The notes beneath the pieces are model-generated. The model saw nothing but the letters and a program-made list of their open reading frames with translations, ran no database searches and had not been told where the DNA came from. A DNA stretch of 64,000 nt from the NCBI RefSeq assembly GCF_006345805.1, contig NC_043013.1:13392001-13456000 (forward strand), in the 5' to 3' direction. Within the stretch, counting starts at the first letter, position 1; each line of letters begins with the position of its first letter. The translations under genes were made by a program, and so were the position numbers. This stretch comes from Octopus sinensis. Lineage: Eukaryota. This document shows positions 1 to 15,390 of the stretch, piece by piece.

Positions 1-2029
1 ATGTTGTTCCACCACCATGTTACCTTGGGTTGAGAGGGATCTTTGCACCATCCACAGATCTGGTCACAGATCTCACCAGGTTGTCCCAAGGAATTTTTGA
101 TGTGAACTTATCTTTAACACATCCAGGGAAGATATACAGTGGCATTATCAGAACTATATTGTGGAGATAATAGTTAAGTGGATAGAGTGTTTTTCTGGTA
201 TGAGACTGAACCAAATTGTTCTGCTACTAATTCCTTAGAGCTGAGTTGTGACCATATAAAATAAAGATATTGACAAAGAAATACAACAATTGTCAATGAT
301 GGGTTTGAACTCTTAACCCATGAATGTTATACACTTTACCATCTCCTCTCTCACTCTGTTTACACACACGTGTTATCATTGCACACATACACACATACAC
401 ACACATGTACACGCAAACTTTCTCGCACGCACATATCCACACTTACACACACATACCTCCTCTTGCACTCTCCTGTCTTTGAAAGAACTTTTCTTCACCC
501 ATTTCCTTCTGGTCATTCAAAATGTGACCACGTGTGTACCGTTGGCGATTTTTTTCCTCTGTCTTCCCTTCTCTGGATCTTTCCTTCTCCTATGATTTCA
601 ATGAAGAGCTCCACTCGAAACATTAAACTCTCCCTCTTCCCATCCTTCCTGAGCGTCCAATAATACTATATTTGTTCCATGTCCTCGCGTTGTTGTGTTT
701 TCTCTTTGTGTTTTCATGTTTGGGTTAACTATATATATACACACACACACAAACACATGCATTGATACATAGGCATATAAATATACACACACCCATATAT
801 ATGTATAAATATACGTATATACAAATACACACACACACACATATATAAAACTATTTATCTATCCATGATTTTCTCTCTTTATTAATTTCAATCAATGAGA
901 GGAGATTCTCCAGTTAACATCAAGCGTCAATCCAAATAAGCTGTTGTAAACTCCTCCTGTGTTGCTCTTACCTTCATTGCAATCTATAAAGTATCATGAG
1001 TTTGTGGTTGTTTTACTTGTTGCTATTGTTGTTGTATAGTTATAGTATGTATGTAGTTAGTGAAATGACTGGATGTGATCTGTAGATATACCATATTCTT
1101 CACATCTGTGTAATGTGCAATCTGATGTGCAGAGCTTTGTAATATGGGTTGCAGTGTATCAGTTTGGATAGATTGCATTTCTTCCATCATTTCATTTCTG
1201 GGCACCAATAGACGTCGAATGAACCCCTTCTTGCAGTGTGACAATCACTGTGCTTCTGCACTTGTCTCTATCGATTTGTTTCTCAGCACAACAGAGTTTG
1301 AGACTAAAGAGGCTAATGACGTGTTTGGTAGTTTTAGTTTCACTGAACATGTAACAGCAAGGATTGTGTGGTGTTTCATCTTGCTGTAACAAACTCTGCC
1401 TACACGCATTGAAGTGGATATTTCATTTTAAATATTTTAGCTTTATATTATATGTTGTTGTTGTTGTTTAGATCAACATCAGCCATGATCAAGCTGACTT
1501 GTGATTAGAGAGAATTAAAGCGATGTTCATTTTGCTTTAGCATATTGACATCTACAATGTATCATGTGTGCGTACATTTTTAAGAAAGTGTGTCCGTGCA
1601 TTTTTAAGAAAATCAGGTGGTGTTCAGAGAGATTTAGCTGCTATTTCTAACAGTCTCATCTAATAACTAACTTGCTTATTCACATGGACTGTGGAAATGG
1701 TTTATACAAAATTCGAAAGAATATGAAGTGTACTATTTTGTGATCTTTGTAGATTGTTGAAATTGATTGTTCAGAGATTAGGGGTCTAGACAGGACTGGT
1801 ATGATGCAGGATGGATCTTTGTTTTGGTCAAATATGAGGCCAGTCACTATTTATAGCTTTTTCCACTTTAACTCTCGCCTTCTTTTAGGATATGTTGTGA
1901 ATGTAGTGAAGGTATTTTTGGTAGTTTTTAGGAGGAAGGACAAGTTCTCTGTCTTATTATAAAAAGAGAGTTCCCTGATTACCTCATGACCGTCAACATA
2001 TTGGAACCACAGTGTTTATGAGAACATTT

Positions 2030-4400
2030 TCTATCATCATTTAACATCCATTTTCCATGTGTGCATAAGTTGGATGGTTTGACAGGAACTGGCCAGCTTA
2101 AAAGCTGTCCAGGCTCCATGTCTGTTTTGGCATGGTTTCTATGACTGGATGCCATTCCTAATGCCAACCACTTTACAGAGTGAACTGGGTGCTTTTATGC
2201 AGCACCAAAACAGGTACATTTACCTGGAATTAGTACCCATGAACCTGCAGGATTGTGAATACTCAGCTGAAGAGTATTGCAGGGAACAAGTACGACCTCA
2301 GTTTTACTTAGCTTGTCAGATTTTCACGAGCCCACCAAAGTACCTGGAGTACCAATCCTCTGTCATCAACATCCGTAGCTCCTTTCTCATGACTTTGTCG
2401 CACATCTTCATGGGCCTAGCCCTTCCATACATTCCCTCCACAATTAGAGATCAGCACCTCGCCAGGCAACTCTTCACTCATACACATTAAATGACTGTAC
2501 CAGCACAGACTTATCTCTTGCATACTACGTTCCATGCATCATACACCCAGCTTTTCTCTCAAATCACTTACACTCTGTTGCATATACATATTAACATTAC
2601 CCATCCAACCTCTAATCTATCACTGTCTTCTGCCTTGCCCACCAGGTGTGGGGAACCTTGTCAAAGATCTTCTTTATGTCAGTAAAAACCAGATATCTTT
2701 GGCAAAGTACTTCTGCAATTGCACACCAGAAGGAAAGCATTGGTGGTGCTTCTACCTAGTGCAAATCGAAACTGCATCTTATCTACACTAACTCTCTTCC
2801 TTAATTGACCTATTTCTCTTTCTGCAACTTTCATCACCTGGCCCAACAATTTGGTGCATCTGTAATTATTTTTGTCTAAAGCATCACCTTTGCCTTTGTA
2901 CCTGTTGATTATAACACTGCTACACCAACTATTGCATTTGGCTCCCTCTTGCTTGGTTTATCTATATAAGAGACAAGGACATATCCTACTCCACCAGATA
3001 TGTGAAGCATCTTAGCAGTCATTCCTAATGAGCCAGAGGATTTCCCTGTCTTTGTAACTTTAATTGCTTTATCTACCAAATTACTGTCAATTCAGATAGC
3101 CGTCCCCTCTGTTAGATCAGCATTAGGTGAGCTTTTCTTCTTCCATGCATTCTCTACATTTAGCAAACTTTCATAAAAGTGTTTCCAAGTTTCCTTCCTT
3201 GCAGAATCCCTGACTACATGTGAACCATCATCCATGTGAATACACTTCTCTCCTAACACATCATAATGATCTCTGACATAGCCTTGTGTTCCGAAATATC
3301 TCAAGCCTCTGATCTTCATGATACAGAACATTTGCATACTTTCCCCTCTCTGCTTGTCCCCAGTCTAAATATACCTTTGTTTTAGCCTTTTTCCATGCTA
3401 CCTGATATGATTCTCTGGTACTGTAATTCTTCAGTCATTCCAGGCTTGTTTCTTCACACTCATATCCTTATCTACAACATCATTCCAGCACCACATCATC
3501 CTAGGTCTGATTGGAACTTTACACCAGCCACAGATTTGAGTTGTGGTACTCAGTAAGCTGTCCTGCAGTAACTCCAACTCACCCACATTGTTACAACTTT
3601 GTAATTTCTCCTCCGTCTCCTTAAATTTCTCAATTTGGGTGTCTCTAAAAGCTTCCAAATCCTTCTTTTCTAGATTGGTCTGCTTCCTGAAATCTCTCTA
3701 GCCTGAAGTATAAAATCACTAAAGACTAATCTATGCTGAGGTGGTCACATTCTTCACCAGGTAAGGCCATTGCATTTACGAGCAACCATATATCTTGCTT
3801 ACAATTGAGAATGTAATAAATCTGGCTAGCATGATCACCTAGTTGATAAGTTATCAGGTGTTTGGCTGGCTTTTTGAAGTCGGTGTTGCAGATCATTAGG
3901 TTATTCACATTGTAGAACTCCAGTAGCCTTTTCCCTCCTTGTTTTGAGAACCAATTCCATGGCCCTCATGTATACCATGGAAGATACCTGGGTGTTGCCC
4001 AACATGTCCATTGAAAGCATCAGCCAACAAAGATGAGGTTATTGTCATTTGTCTTTGAGGTAGCTAGCAGAAGTATATCATAAAACGGTCCTTTTGTTCA
4101 TTGGTAGACCTGCCTGGGGAACATAGTTAGAGATATTGCTCTACTTCTCTGCAAAACTAGTCTAAGCTTAAATTCTCTATTGCAAATTGTGACTGCCTCA
4201 ATCACCTTACCATCCCATTTGTCTGTTAGAAGTAATCCCATGCTACCTACCTCATCACTGTTACTTTTCCAGATGATTTTAAATCTGTTTCTTACCCATG
4301 AGGAATTTGTCTGAAGCACCCCTCCACAATCTCGCCAGACCTACATAAGGTGTGGAAAGGGACATGACATGGAACTTGGAAAGGAGGGATGACATTCAAC
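2030..4400 (-). mobile_element. Degenerate RTE-clade LINE (endonuclease/RT relics plus 3' UTR tail)
   Basis: Broken ORFs 4098-4319 (VGxMGLLLTDKW..VIEAV, APE-like), 3431-3658 and 3092-3337. Relic VEGMYGRARPMKMCDKV near 2400. The tail catcatttaacatccattttccatg at ~2035 is shared with 11160, 15020 and 50620. Confidence 0.75.
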
Positions 4401-5184
4401 ATTTGAAAAGAAAGTTTCATTGTGCGTTTACCAGCAGACACGTATCAGTTCCACTTGCATTAATATATTATCATTCATTCATGTTCAAATGACTGTCTCT
4501 ACTGGAAGTAAGTGTAGTACAAGCATTGTCATTATAAGCATCATTAATACAAACATAAATGGGTAAATAATGAAAATTAAGAAAACAGCTAATTGGTTAA
4601 TTCATTACAAGTAGAAAGAAAAGAAAAAGGTAGTTTCTTAATTGACTAAAAAGTAACAAGGTCTCATTTCAGTACATGCATAAATGTGGATGAGACAACT
4701 GGTGGAGGCAGAGGCATGAGGTGTTTCTGTTACAAAGGAGAGATTTCTGTAATATGTTGTGGTGGAGGCAGAAATAGTTTGGCACATCGTGTATAAGGAA
4801 GGCCAGAAAGACTGCACTTTTCTGAGCCATAAGGAGACAAAGGATGAACAGAGAAATCAGAGAAGAAAGATTGTAAATAGTGGTAGGCCTACAATTATGT
4901 TAATTCGAGACTAGGAAGAGTTACAGGTATTACACAGAAGATGAATTAGGTGGTGCAAAAAATTAAAGTGATGGGTCAAAGGCCAAGGAGCACATCTAAT
5001 GAACAACAAAATTGTGAGAAATGAAATCCAATTACAAGTGGGTTAATGTTTTGTAAGGTAGAAATGCAAAGAGATGAATGATGTATAATTAAGGTGAAGA
5101 AGAAGCAACACTTTGCTGGTCATTTCATTACACATGGAAATTAGCGAGTGGTGTAATTTCAAGGACCATTAATGTACGAGGGGG

Positions 5185-5920
5185 TTCATATAAAGTAGCA
5201 ACAAGAAGGAAAACAGAAGAGGTTGACCACTGGCAATAGCAAATAAATTACTATTTTTGGTTGAAAGAAATCCTCTTGCGAGCGTGACCTAGGCCTCACT
5301 GTCAGCAGTGATTTGCGTTGGACAAAGCATATCTCTAAAATTGTCAAGAAGGCCGAGGGTGTCTTGGCATCACTCAGCAAGACTTTTGTTAGCCGCTCTC
5401 CAGCCATCTATTTAAAACTGTATACAGCTATAGTACGACGACACTTGGAATTCGCATCATCAGTTTGGAACCCCTATCTTGCTCAGAACATTGACCTCCT
5501 GAGACGTGCAACCAAACGCATACCCTCCATCAGACACCTACCATACTCTGAGTGCCTTGTTTCCCTGGGCATGGATTCACTGAAGCTCCGGCGTCTGGCA
5601 ATCGACTTGGTAAACACCCACAAAGTTATCAAACACCTCACCAACAACAACACCGAACACCTTTTTGATCTCCATGTGTCTACAAAGTCAGAAAACAACA
5701 CAGCTCCCATGACTTTCGGTAACATTTTTTCACGCTCAGAGTTGTTGAAGCATGGAACAAACTGCCTGCGTCAGTTGTTGACTGCCATGACACTGCATCC
5801 TTTAAGGCCCTCATGCTTTCCGAAATCCGCCGAAACTACACCTGATTATGCATACACTTTAGATGAGTTGTAGTGCACCTGAGCACTGTACACAATGTTT
5901 TATTATTATTATTATTATTA
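5185..5920 (+). mobile_element. CR1/L2-type LINE 3' fragment
   Basis: ORF 5313-5873 LYTAIVRRHLEFASSVWNPYL...RRATKRIP...LKLRRL; ends in an (att)n tail. Confidence 0.85.
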
Positions 5921-6013
5921 AAATACTCTGAATTAAGTATATATAAAGTCATTCATCCAATAGAGACAGTCATAAGATTTAAGCAGTTGACCAGGAAACC
6001 AAAAACCGGTAAA

Positions 6014-7992
6014 TCTCTTATTATAAAAGGCAGATTTTATCTGCCTCCCTTTGTATCGTATAGAAATCTACAATATAGGATTTCTTCAATTACAATTTAC
6101 CTAGCATTTTTAAGAGTAGAATGCATCGGGTCGTGCCAGGTCCACTTTTTAAAATTTCAACCCCAATTAAGCAAAATTTAGAGAAAACTCACATTGTGGT
6201 GTATGAGTCAAATGCTTCTCTTAGTGTGGGATACAGCACACGCAAACGCACACACACAGTGTGCAACGAATTAAATGAAAGTAATTCACTTTCTGTAGTA
6301 AGTGACTCTTTCACTCTACATTCCCACTTCCTCTTTAAACACATAGACACGCAAATATATAAATAAAATTGTAAGCTAACGTGTGTGTGTGTGAGTGTGT
6401 GTGTGCGTGTGTGTGTGAGGATGCGTGTGTGTGTGTGTGTGTGTGCGTGTGCGTGAGTGTGTGACAGGAAAGTTTTTTACGACGAATATAAGACCTATAT
6501 CCAAGTAGCAGAAAGATCGCCCAAAAGTGTATATAGATATTTAAATGTATTTATATATTCATCTATACACAGATGTATGTATAATGTGTGTGTATATACT
6601 TCCATAGCGGTAACCTTTCACTCCATACAAAGTTTTTTAGGACGAATATAAGATCTAAAGTATATACAAGTAGCAGAAAGATCGCCCAAAAGTGTATATA
6701 GATATTTAAATGTATTTATATATTCATCTATGCACACATGTATGTATAATGTGCGTGTATATATTTCCATAGAGGTAACCATTCACTCCATACAAAGTTT
6801 TTTAGGACGAAAATAAGATCTAAAGTTATCTCTAAGAAAAAGAAAGATCGCCCAAAAGTGTATATAGATATTTAAATGTATTTATATATTCATCTATACA
6901 CAGATGTATGTATAATGTGTGTGTATACATTTCCATAGAGGTAACCTTTCACTCCATACAAAGTTTTTTAGGATGAATATAAGATCTAAAGTTATCTCTA
7001 AGAAAAAGAAAGATCGCCCAAAAGTGTATATAGATATTTAAATGTATTTATATATTCATCTATACACACATGTATGTATAATGTGCGTGTATATATTTCC
7101 ATAGAGGTAACCATTCAATCCATACAAAATTTTTTAGGACGAAAATATTTATATATAAAAGAAAGGTTGTGTGTCTGTCTACTCCGATTTAGATTCCTAA
7201 CTACTCCCACATTTTGCAATGCAGTTTAACCAAAACCAGGTATCTTATAGTCGTGATTCATATCGAGCCCTTCTGGGTATTAGCGCGCGTCTACGATGAG
7301 TCTATGATTTTACAAATAATTTACCATCATTTTTTTCCATTTTAATGCATATTTTTTTTAATAAAGGGAAGTAACTCTCAAACTTCACACCAATATGCGT
7401 GCTCATATGCGACGTAATATCACATCAGCAGCATTTCCTCACACCCTCCTTGCACTTGGCGAAGGCAAAATACCAGGGGATGAAAATGGTAATATTGCCA
7501 TCGATTCCATTTGTACCATTGTTAAGACGCCTTCTGATCTCAGAGATGTAGTGTTCCCAGATCTACAAGCTAATTATCAGAATATGGATTGGATTGGCAA
7601 AAAGGCTATACTGGCCCCGAGGAATAAAACTGTTCACCATATTAATGATGAAATGCTAAAACTCATTCCTGGGGAAGTCTATGTATATCAGTCTATCGAT
7701 ACAACTCCTGACCCAGAGGACGTCATCAACTATCCAATAGAGGTACTCAATTCCTTTGAGCACCCCGGACTACCACCACACTTTCTCAAACTTAAAGTTG
7801 GTGCCCCTATAATGCTCATCAGAAATTTGGTTCCCCCAAAACAATGCAATGGCACATGTTTGATCGTTAAGTCCTTATCTCCCACCGTAAACTTATATCA
7901 ATATTTGCCTGAATAATCATCATAATTCAGTGCAATCATTAACAGTACTTTCAAGCAATTCAGCCCCGAGCAATGCCGGGCAATTCTGCTAG
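6014..7992 (+). mobile_element. Non-autonomous composite Helitron with PIF1 helicase fragment
   Basis: 5' TC at 6014. 3' hairpin gccccgagcaatgccgggc then CTAG at 7989-7992. Inserted between A and T with no TSD; paralogous empty site near 49695 (gtagat/cattaaataaaat). ORF 7395-7916 AILAPRN...YPIEVLNSFEHPGLPPHFLKLKVGAPIMLIRNL. Confidence 0.9.
6465..7146. repeat. ~166-bp minisatellite x4 inside the Helitron
   Basis: The anchor gaaagatcgcccaaaagtg recurs at 6511, 6676, 6842 and 7008. Confidence 0.95.
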
Positions 7993-8150
7993 TCATTAAA
8001 TAAAATATTTATGGAAAATTCTGCACCAACAAAATACTCATATAGTCCTTCCTTTTAGTTTTCTTAACCACAAGCTTCTTCAGATATGTAAACATTATGA
8101 ACTGAATAAACTCTCAGTAACCTTATTTACATAATAGTCTATTTACTGAC

Positions 8151-8260
8151 CTTTACTACTACAACTAGGATGTTGCGTGATACTGAATCATACACTGACT
8201 TCAGAGTTCCAGGTCCACCTCCAACCATTACTGCAACAGCTGGAATCTTGACTTTTGTCT
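8151..8260 (-). CDS. TRPM: TRPM module B exon: (E)TKVKIPAVAVMVGGGPGTLKSVYDSVSRNILVVVVK
   Basis: aattttag|AG...AAG|gtcagt; 110 nt, phase 1 to 0. Contains the GGGPGT motif. Paralog of 49845-49957. The next exon is expected left of position 1. Confidence 0.92.
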
Positions 8261-8659
8261 CTAAAATTACAGCAGAAAATATAAATTGATTAAGAAAAAA
8301 TATATATCTAATTAAATTATGAAATATGCCTGATTAAGGTAAAACATATCTAGTTAGTGTATAAAACATATACATAATTAAATTTTTAAATATACCTGGT
8401 TAAAGTAGAAGGTATAACCAGATCATGGTGTAATGCATACCTGGTTAAAGTACAAAACATACCTGATTGAGGTAAAAATATATAAATGATTAAAGTAAAA
8501 TGTATCTTTTTAATTATATCTTAATAATAAAATAAACTGATTCTAAAATACATCTCACATTAAGTATAACCTCATTTAGGTTTAAAATGTATAAGTATGA
8601 CTTGACTAGAATGTAAAGTTTAGTATAAGTTCAGGTTTTAGAAAACATAAATCAATACC

Positions 8660-9145
<486 letters not shown>

Positions 9146-9790
9146 GTTCTTCTTAACACCAACCATTATACAGAGTTTACTGGGTGCTTTTTATGTGGCA
9201 CCAACACTAGAGAGGTGACCAAGTAACTTGCAAAACAAGAAACTGCAACTGAGTGGGGGGAGTAGTAGTGAGGGAGGTAACTTTGTGCCAGCTGATGAGA
9301 AGTTAGAGTATGAATAAGGGGAGAGAAACAGATATGTTGCAGTAGAAGAGATACATGGCTACTCCAGGTGGAACCAGAGGGAGAGAGAAGAGGGTGAAGA
9401 TGTATTGGGGCATTCCATCAAATTACAGGGAGGTGTATATATAGGAATTGGTACAGAGGATTGGATAGGGTGAGTGGGTAGGTAAGTTTATGAAAGGTGA
9501 GTAGGAGATGGAGGGGAGAAAAATGCAGTGAATGTGAGTGGAGGGAGGGGGATAGGAAGATATGTTTTGGGGGAGCGATTCAGAGATATGGATTGTGTGC
9601 AGGGGTATAGAAATAAACAACATGCCTTTAGGACATCGATTTTACATAGATAGACAGATCTCCTGAAGCCCAAATGATCAATTATCCCAGTTCTTTGTCA
9701 TATCCTCTGTGAAACTCACAATCTGAAGGTCATTTTACATACTTTTTCCCACATATTTATAGGTCTTCCTCCTCCTCAAGCTCCATCCAC

Positions 9791-9793
<3 letters not shown>

Positions 9794-9833
<40 letters not shown>

Positions 9834-9840
9834 ATATATA

Positions 9841-9895
<55 letters not shown>

Positions 9896-9940
9896 ATATA
9901 AATATGTATATATATATATATATATATAAATATGTATATG

Positions 9941-10037
<97 letters not shown>

Positions 10038-10081
10038 AATATGTATATATTATATATATATATAAAAATTGTATATATATA

Positions 10082-10162
<81 letters not shown>

Positions 10163-10172
10163 TATATGTATA

Positions 10173-10256
<84 letters not shown>

Positions 10257-10965
10257 TATATATATATATATATAATATTATATATATATATATATATATA
10301 ATAATATATATAATAATATATAATATATGTATATAAAATGGGACAAGAACGAAAAACATCGAGATAGACAATACAAAAAACACGGACGAGTCATTCGAAG
10401 CCTCTAATCTTCAGTCAAGAACCGGATCATCCTCGCAATTTCGGCTGATTAATCTTGAGATTGCTCCAATCTGGCCAGCCCCAAGGAAAAACTAAGCTAA
10501 GAGCATTAGATATCTTGGAAAAAGGATCGAATATATACGAAACAAGGACAGAAAAACGGACGATGTTACACGAATATAAATACAAAAAAACAAAAAATAA
10601 TACGAATATAAATACAAAAACAATAATGATAATAACAGGACATAACAACAGGCGTCTTTCGACTGGCGTATTTGAAAAATAATGCCTTACGGCAGAGGAA
10701 GAGAGCTGTGTTATCGTGGCGCTGGTCCGAAGCGAAAGGGCTATAGTTGGCCAGCAGTCACGTGAAAAGAGAAAAGAGAGAAAACAAGAGGCAAAGGAAT
10801 TAAAGAGGAGGAGAAAAGAGAAAAAAAGGAACAAAGGTATTAAGGAGGGGGAGAAGAGAGAGAAAAAGAGGAACAAGGAATTAAGGAGGGGAGAAGAAAG
10901 AGGGTGTGCCAAGGATTGGAAGAGAAAAAAAATACAGGGACATATGTATACATGTATGTATATGC

Positions 10966-11041
<76 letters not shown>

Positions 11042-11135
11042 GTATATATATATATATATACATACATATATATATAATATATATATATAATATATATATA
11101 TATCATATATATATATGTATATAATATATATATGT
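9794..11135. repeat. (TA)n microsatellites 9794-10336 and 10950-11135 flanking a ~600-bp interspersed repeat
   Basis: Read directly from sequence. The YI-repeat ORFs here are artefacts. Confidence 0.9.
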
Positions 11136-11139
11136 TATC

Positions 11140-13969
11140 ATCATCATCATCATCATCATTTAACGTCCGCTTTCCATGCTAGCATGGGTTGGACGGTTCA
11201 ACTGGGGTCTGGGGAGCCCGAAAGCTGCACCAGTCCAGTCAGATCTGGCAGTGTTTCAAAAGCTGGATGCCCTTCCTAACGCCAACCACTCCGAGAGTGT
11301 AGTGGGTGATTTTATGTGCCATGCCACCGACACAGGTGCCAGACGAGGCTGGCAAATGGCCACGCTCGGATGGTGTTTTTTTTTTATGTGCCACCGACAC
11401 AGGTGCCAGACGAGGCTGGCAGACGGCCACGCTCGGATGGTGTTTTTATGTGCCACCGACACAGGTGCCAGATGAGGCTGGCAAAACGGCCACGATCGGA
11501 TGGTGCTTGTTACGTGCCCACAGCACGGAGGCCAGTCGATGCGGTACTGGCTACGGCCACGTTAGGATGGTTTTCTTGTGTGCCACGTGCCACCGGCACT
11601 GGTACCACAAGGATACAAATTCCATTGATGTTCATCTATTTTGATTTGTTTTGATTTTCACTTGCCTCAACAGGTCTTCACAAGTGTCACAAGAAGGAAG
11701 GTATGCACAGGTGGACTGACTACGTCCCAGGTAGGGGCCATGGGTTATGGCCTGACTAGTCTTGCCGGGTCTTCGGATGGTGTTTTTATGTGCCACCGAC
11801 ACAGGTGCTAGATGAGGCTGGCGAACGGCCACGATCGGATGGTGTTTGTCATGTGCCCACCGCACTGACACAAGCACTGATGGATTTCTTGTGTGCCACA
11901 GGCACTGGTACCACAAGATACAAATTCCATTGATGTTCATCTATTTTGTCTATTTTGATTGATTTGATTTGATTTTCACTTGCCTCAACCGTCTTCACAA
12001 GTGTCACAAGAAGGAAGGTATGCACAGGTGGACTGACTAGTCTTGCCGGGTCTTCGGAAGGTGTTTTTATGTGCCACCGACACAGGTGCCAGATGAGGCT
12101 GGTGAACGGCCATGATCGGATGGTGTTTGTTACGTGCCCACAGCACGGAGGCCGGTCGATGCGGGACTGGCTACGGCCACGTTCGGATGGTTCTCTTATG
12201 TGCCACCGGCACTGGTACCACAAAGATACAGATTCCATTGATGTTCATCTATTTTGATTTGTTTTGATTTTGATTTTGATTTTCACTTCCTCAACAGGTC
12301 TTCACAAGTGTCACAAGAAGGAAGGTATGCACTGGTGGACTGACTACGTACGCCCAGGTAGGGGCCATGGGTTATGGCCTGACTAGTCTTGCGGGTCTTC
12401 GGATGGTGTTTTTATGTGCCACCGACACAGGTCTAGATGAGGCTGGCGAACGGCCACGATCGGATGGTGTTTGTCATGTGCCCACAGCACGGAGCCAGTC
12501 GATGCGGTACTGGCTACGGCCACTTTCGGATGGTTTTCTCTTGTGTGCCACCGGCACTGGTACCACAAGATACAAATTCATTGATGTTCATCTATTTTGA
12601 TTTGTTTTGATTTTTTGATTTTCACTTGCCTCAACAGGTCTTCACAAGTGTCGCAAGAAGGAAGGTGTGTACAGGTGGACTGACTACGTCCCAGGTAGGG
12701 CCCACGGGTTATGACCTGACTAGTCTTGCCGGGTCTTCGGATGGTGTTTTTATGTGCCACCATGTTTCCACAGCACAGAGGCGAGTCGATGCGGTACTGG
12801 CTACGGCCACGTTCGGATAGTTTTCTTGTGTGCCACAGGCACTGGTACCACAAAGATACAAATTCCATTGATGTTCATCTATTTTGATTGATTTTCACTT
12901 GCCTCAGCAGGTCTTCACAAGTGTCACAAGAAGGAAGGTATGCACAGGTGGATCGACTACGTCCCAGGTAGGGGCCACGGGATATGGCCTGACTAGTCCT
13001 GCCGGGTCCTCTCATGCACAGCACACTTCCATAGGACTCGGTCTTCAGTCATTTCCTTGGTGAGACCTAAAGTTCGAAGGTCGTGCTTCACCACCTCGTC
13101 CCAGGTTTTCCTGGGTCTACCTCTTCCACAGGTTCCCTCAACTGCTAGGGTGTAGCACTTTTGCACACAACTATCTTCAGCCATTCTCGTCACATGACCA
13201 TACCAGCGCAGCCGTCTCTCTGGCACACCACAACTGACACTTCTTAGGTTCAACTTTTCTCTCAAAGTACTTACACTCTGACGATTATGAACACTGACAA
13301 CACATCCATCGGAGCATACTGGCTTCATTTCTGCAAGCTTACGCATATCCTCAGCTGTCACGGCCCATGTTTCACTACCATGTAGCATGGCTGTACGTAC
13401 ACACCGCATCATATAGTCTGCCTTTTACTCTTAGCGAGAGGCCTTTTGTCACCAGCAGGGGTAAGAGCTCTCTAAACTTTGCCCAGGCTATTCTTACTCT
13501 AGCAGTTACACTTTCAGCACACCCACCCCCGCTACTGACTTGGTCTCCTAGGTAGCGGAAGCTATCAACTACTTCTAGGTTGTCTCCCTTGGAACGTGGT
13601 AGAAGTTGGTCTCTGCACATTTCCAGTGATTATTTCTCTTGAGCATCTGCCACAGACAAAAACTATTTTCTTAGTTAGCCTTCTTTGACATTGCTGCACC
13701 TCTTATGTGTCCATAGCTTACACTTGGTACACCTTATAGAGTTTTACCTACACCTTTTTTACAGATCGAGCAGGCCATCTACCTGAAGTCGGTTTGTGGT
13801 TGGTCCTCCTTCCTACTTATTAGGACTTTGGTTTTGGCTAGGTTGATTCTAAGGCCCTTCGATTCTAATCCTTGTTTCCACACCTGAAAACTTCTCCTCC
13901 AGTTCTGATAGTGACTCAGCAATTAGAGCAAGGTCATCAGCATATAGGAGCTCCAGGGGCATCCTGTCT

Positions 13970-13970
<1 letters not shown>
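11140..13970 (-). mobile_element. RTE-clade LINE 3' part with tandemly amplified 3' UTR
   Basis: ORFs 13375-13620 (FRYLGDQVSSGGGC...AWAKFRELLPLL) and 12993-13412 (LHGSETW...RRLRWYGHV...GRGRPRKTW). (cat)n tail at 11145-11160. Confidence 0.9.
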
Positions 13971-14757
<787 letters not shown>

Positions 14758-14970
14758 CATGTGTGTCTTTCTAATAATATATATTATTAGAAATACACAC
14801 ATGTTAATTAATTCAGTTTGTCTCATAATCAACAACTAACCATCTCTTAAGAAAACATTACTATACAAATCTAATACTCTTTCACTAATACAAGATATGT
14901 ATACGTAGATGTTAAATCCATCTGCCAAATATTACAATCAATAGAGAGACTTAATTGTAATAAATTTAGA

Positions 14971-14974
<4 letters not shown>

Positions 14975-15019
<45 letters not shown>

Positions 15020-15390
15020 GTTTAACGTCTGCTTTCTATGCTAGCATGGGCTGGATGATTTGACTGAGGTCTGGTGAACCAGATGGCTGCACCAGGCTCC
15101 AATCTTGATCTGGCAGAATTTCTACAGCTTGATGCCCTTCCTAACGCTAACTACTCCGAGAGTGTAGTGGGTGCTTTTACGTGTCACCGGCACTGGGGCC
15201 AGTCAGGCGGTACTGGCAATGACCTCACTCGAATCTTTTACACATGCCACTGGCACAGGTGCCAGTAAGGTGATGCTGGTAATGATCACACTCGAATGGT
15301 GCCTTTTACGTGCCATCAGCATGGAAGACAGTTAGCCGCTCTGGTAATGATCACGCTCGGATGGTGCTCTTAGCACCCTATTAACATGGG
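14975..15390 (-). mobile_element. RTE 3' UTR / tail fragment
   Basis: (cat)n + cgtttaacgtctgctttctatgctagcatggg, homologous to 11150-11340. Confidence 0.8.

Noticed and set aside
24-160. Possible minus-strand exon ending CCCAAG|gtaaca
   Set aside because: The best acceptor gives an immediate stop in the phase required after 8151. No TRPM similarity and no counterpart in module A.
1023-1244. Same-frame peptide PRNEMMEEMQSIQTDTLQPILQSSAHQIAHY, also present at ~49100-49200
   Set aside because: No usable acceptor, an in-frame stop upstream in both copies, and no recognisable family. Treated as paralogous intron sequence.
7395-7916. PIF1 helicase as a host gene
   Set aside because: It is a fragment lying within Helitron termini.
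10716-11090. Lys/Glu/Arg-rich ORF
   Set aside because: Purine-rich low-complexity repeat running into (TA)n.
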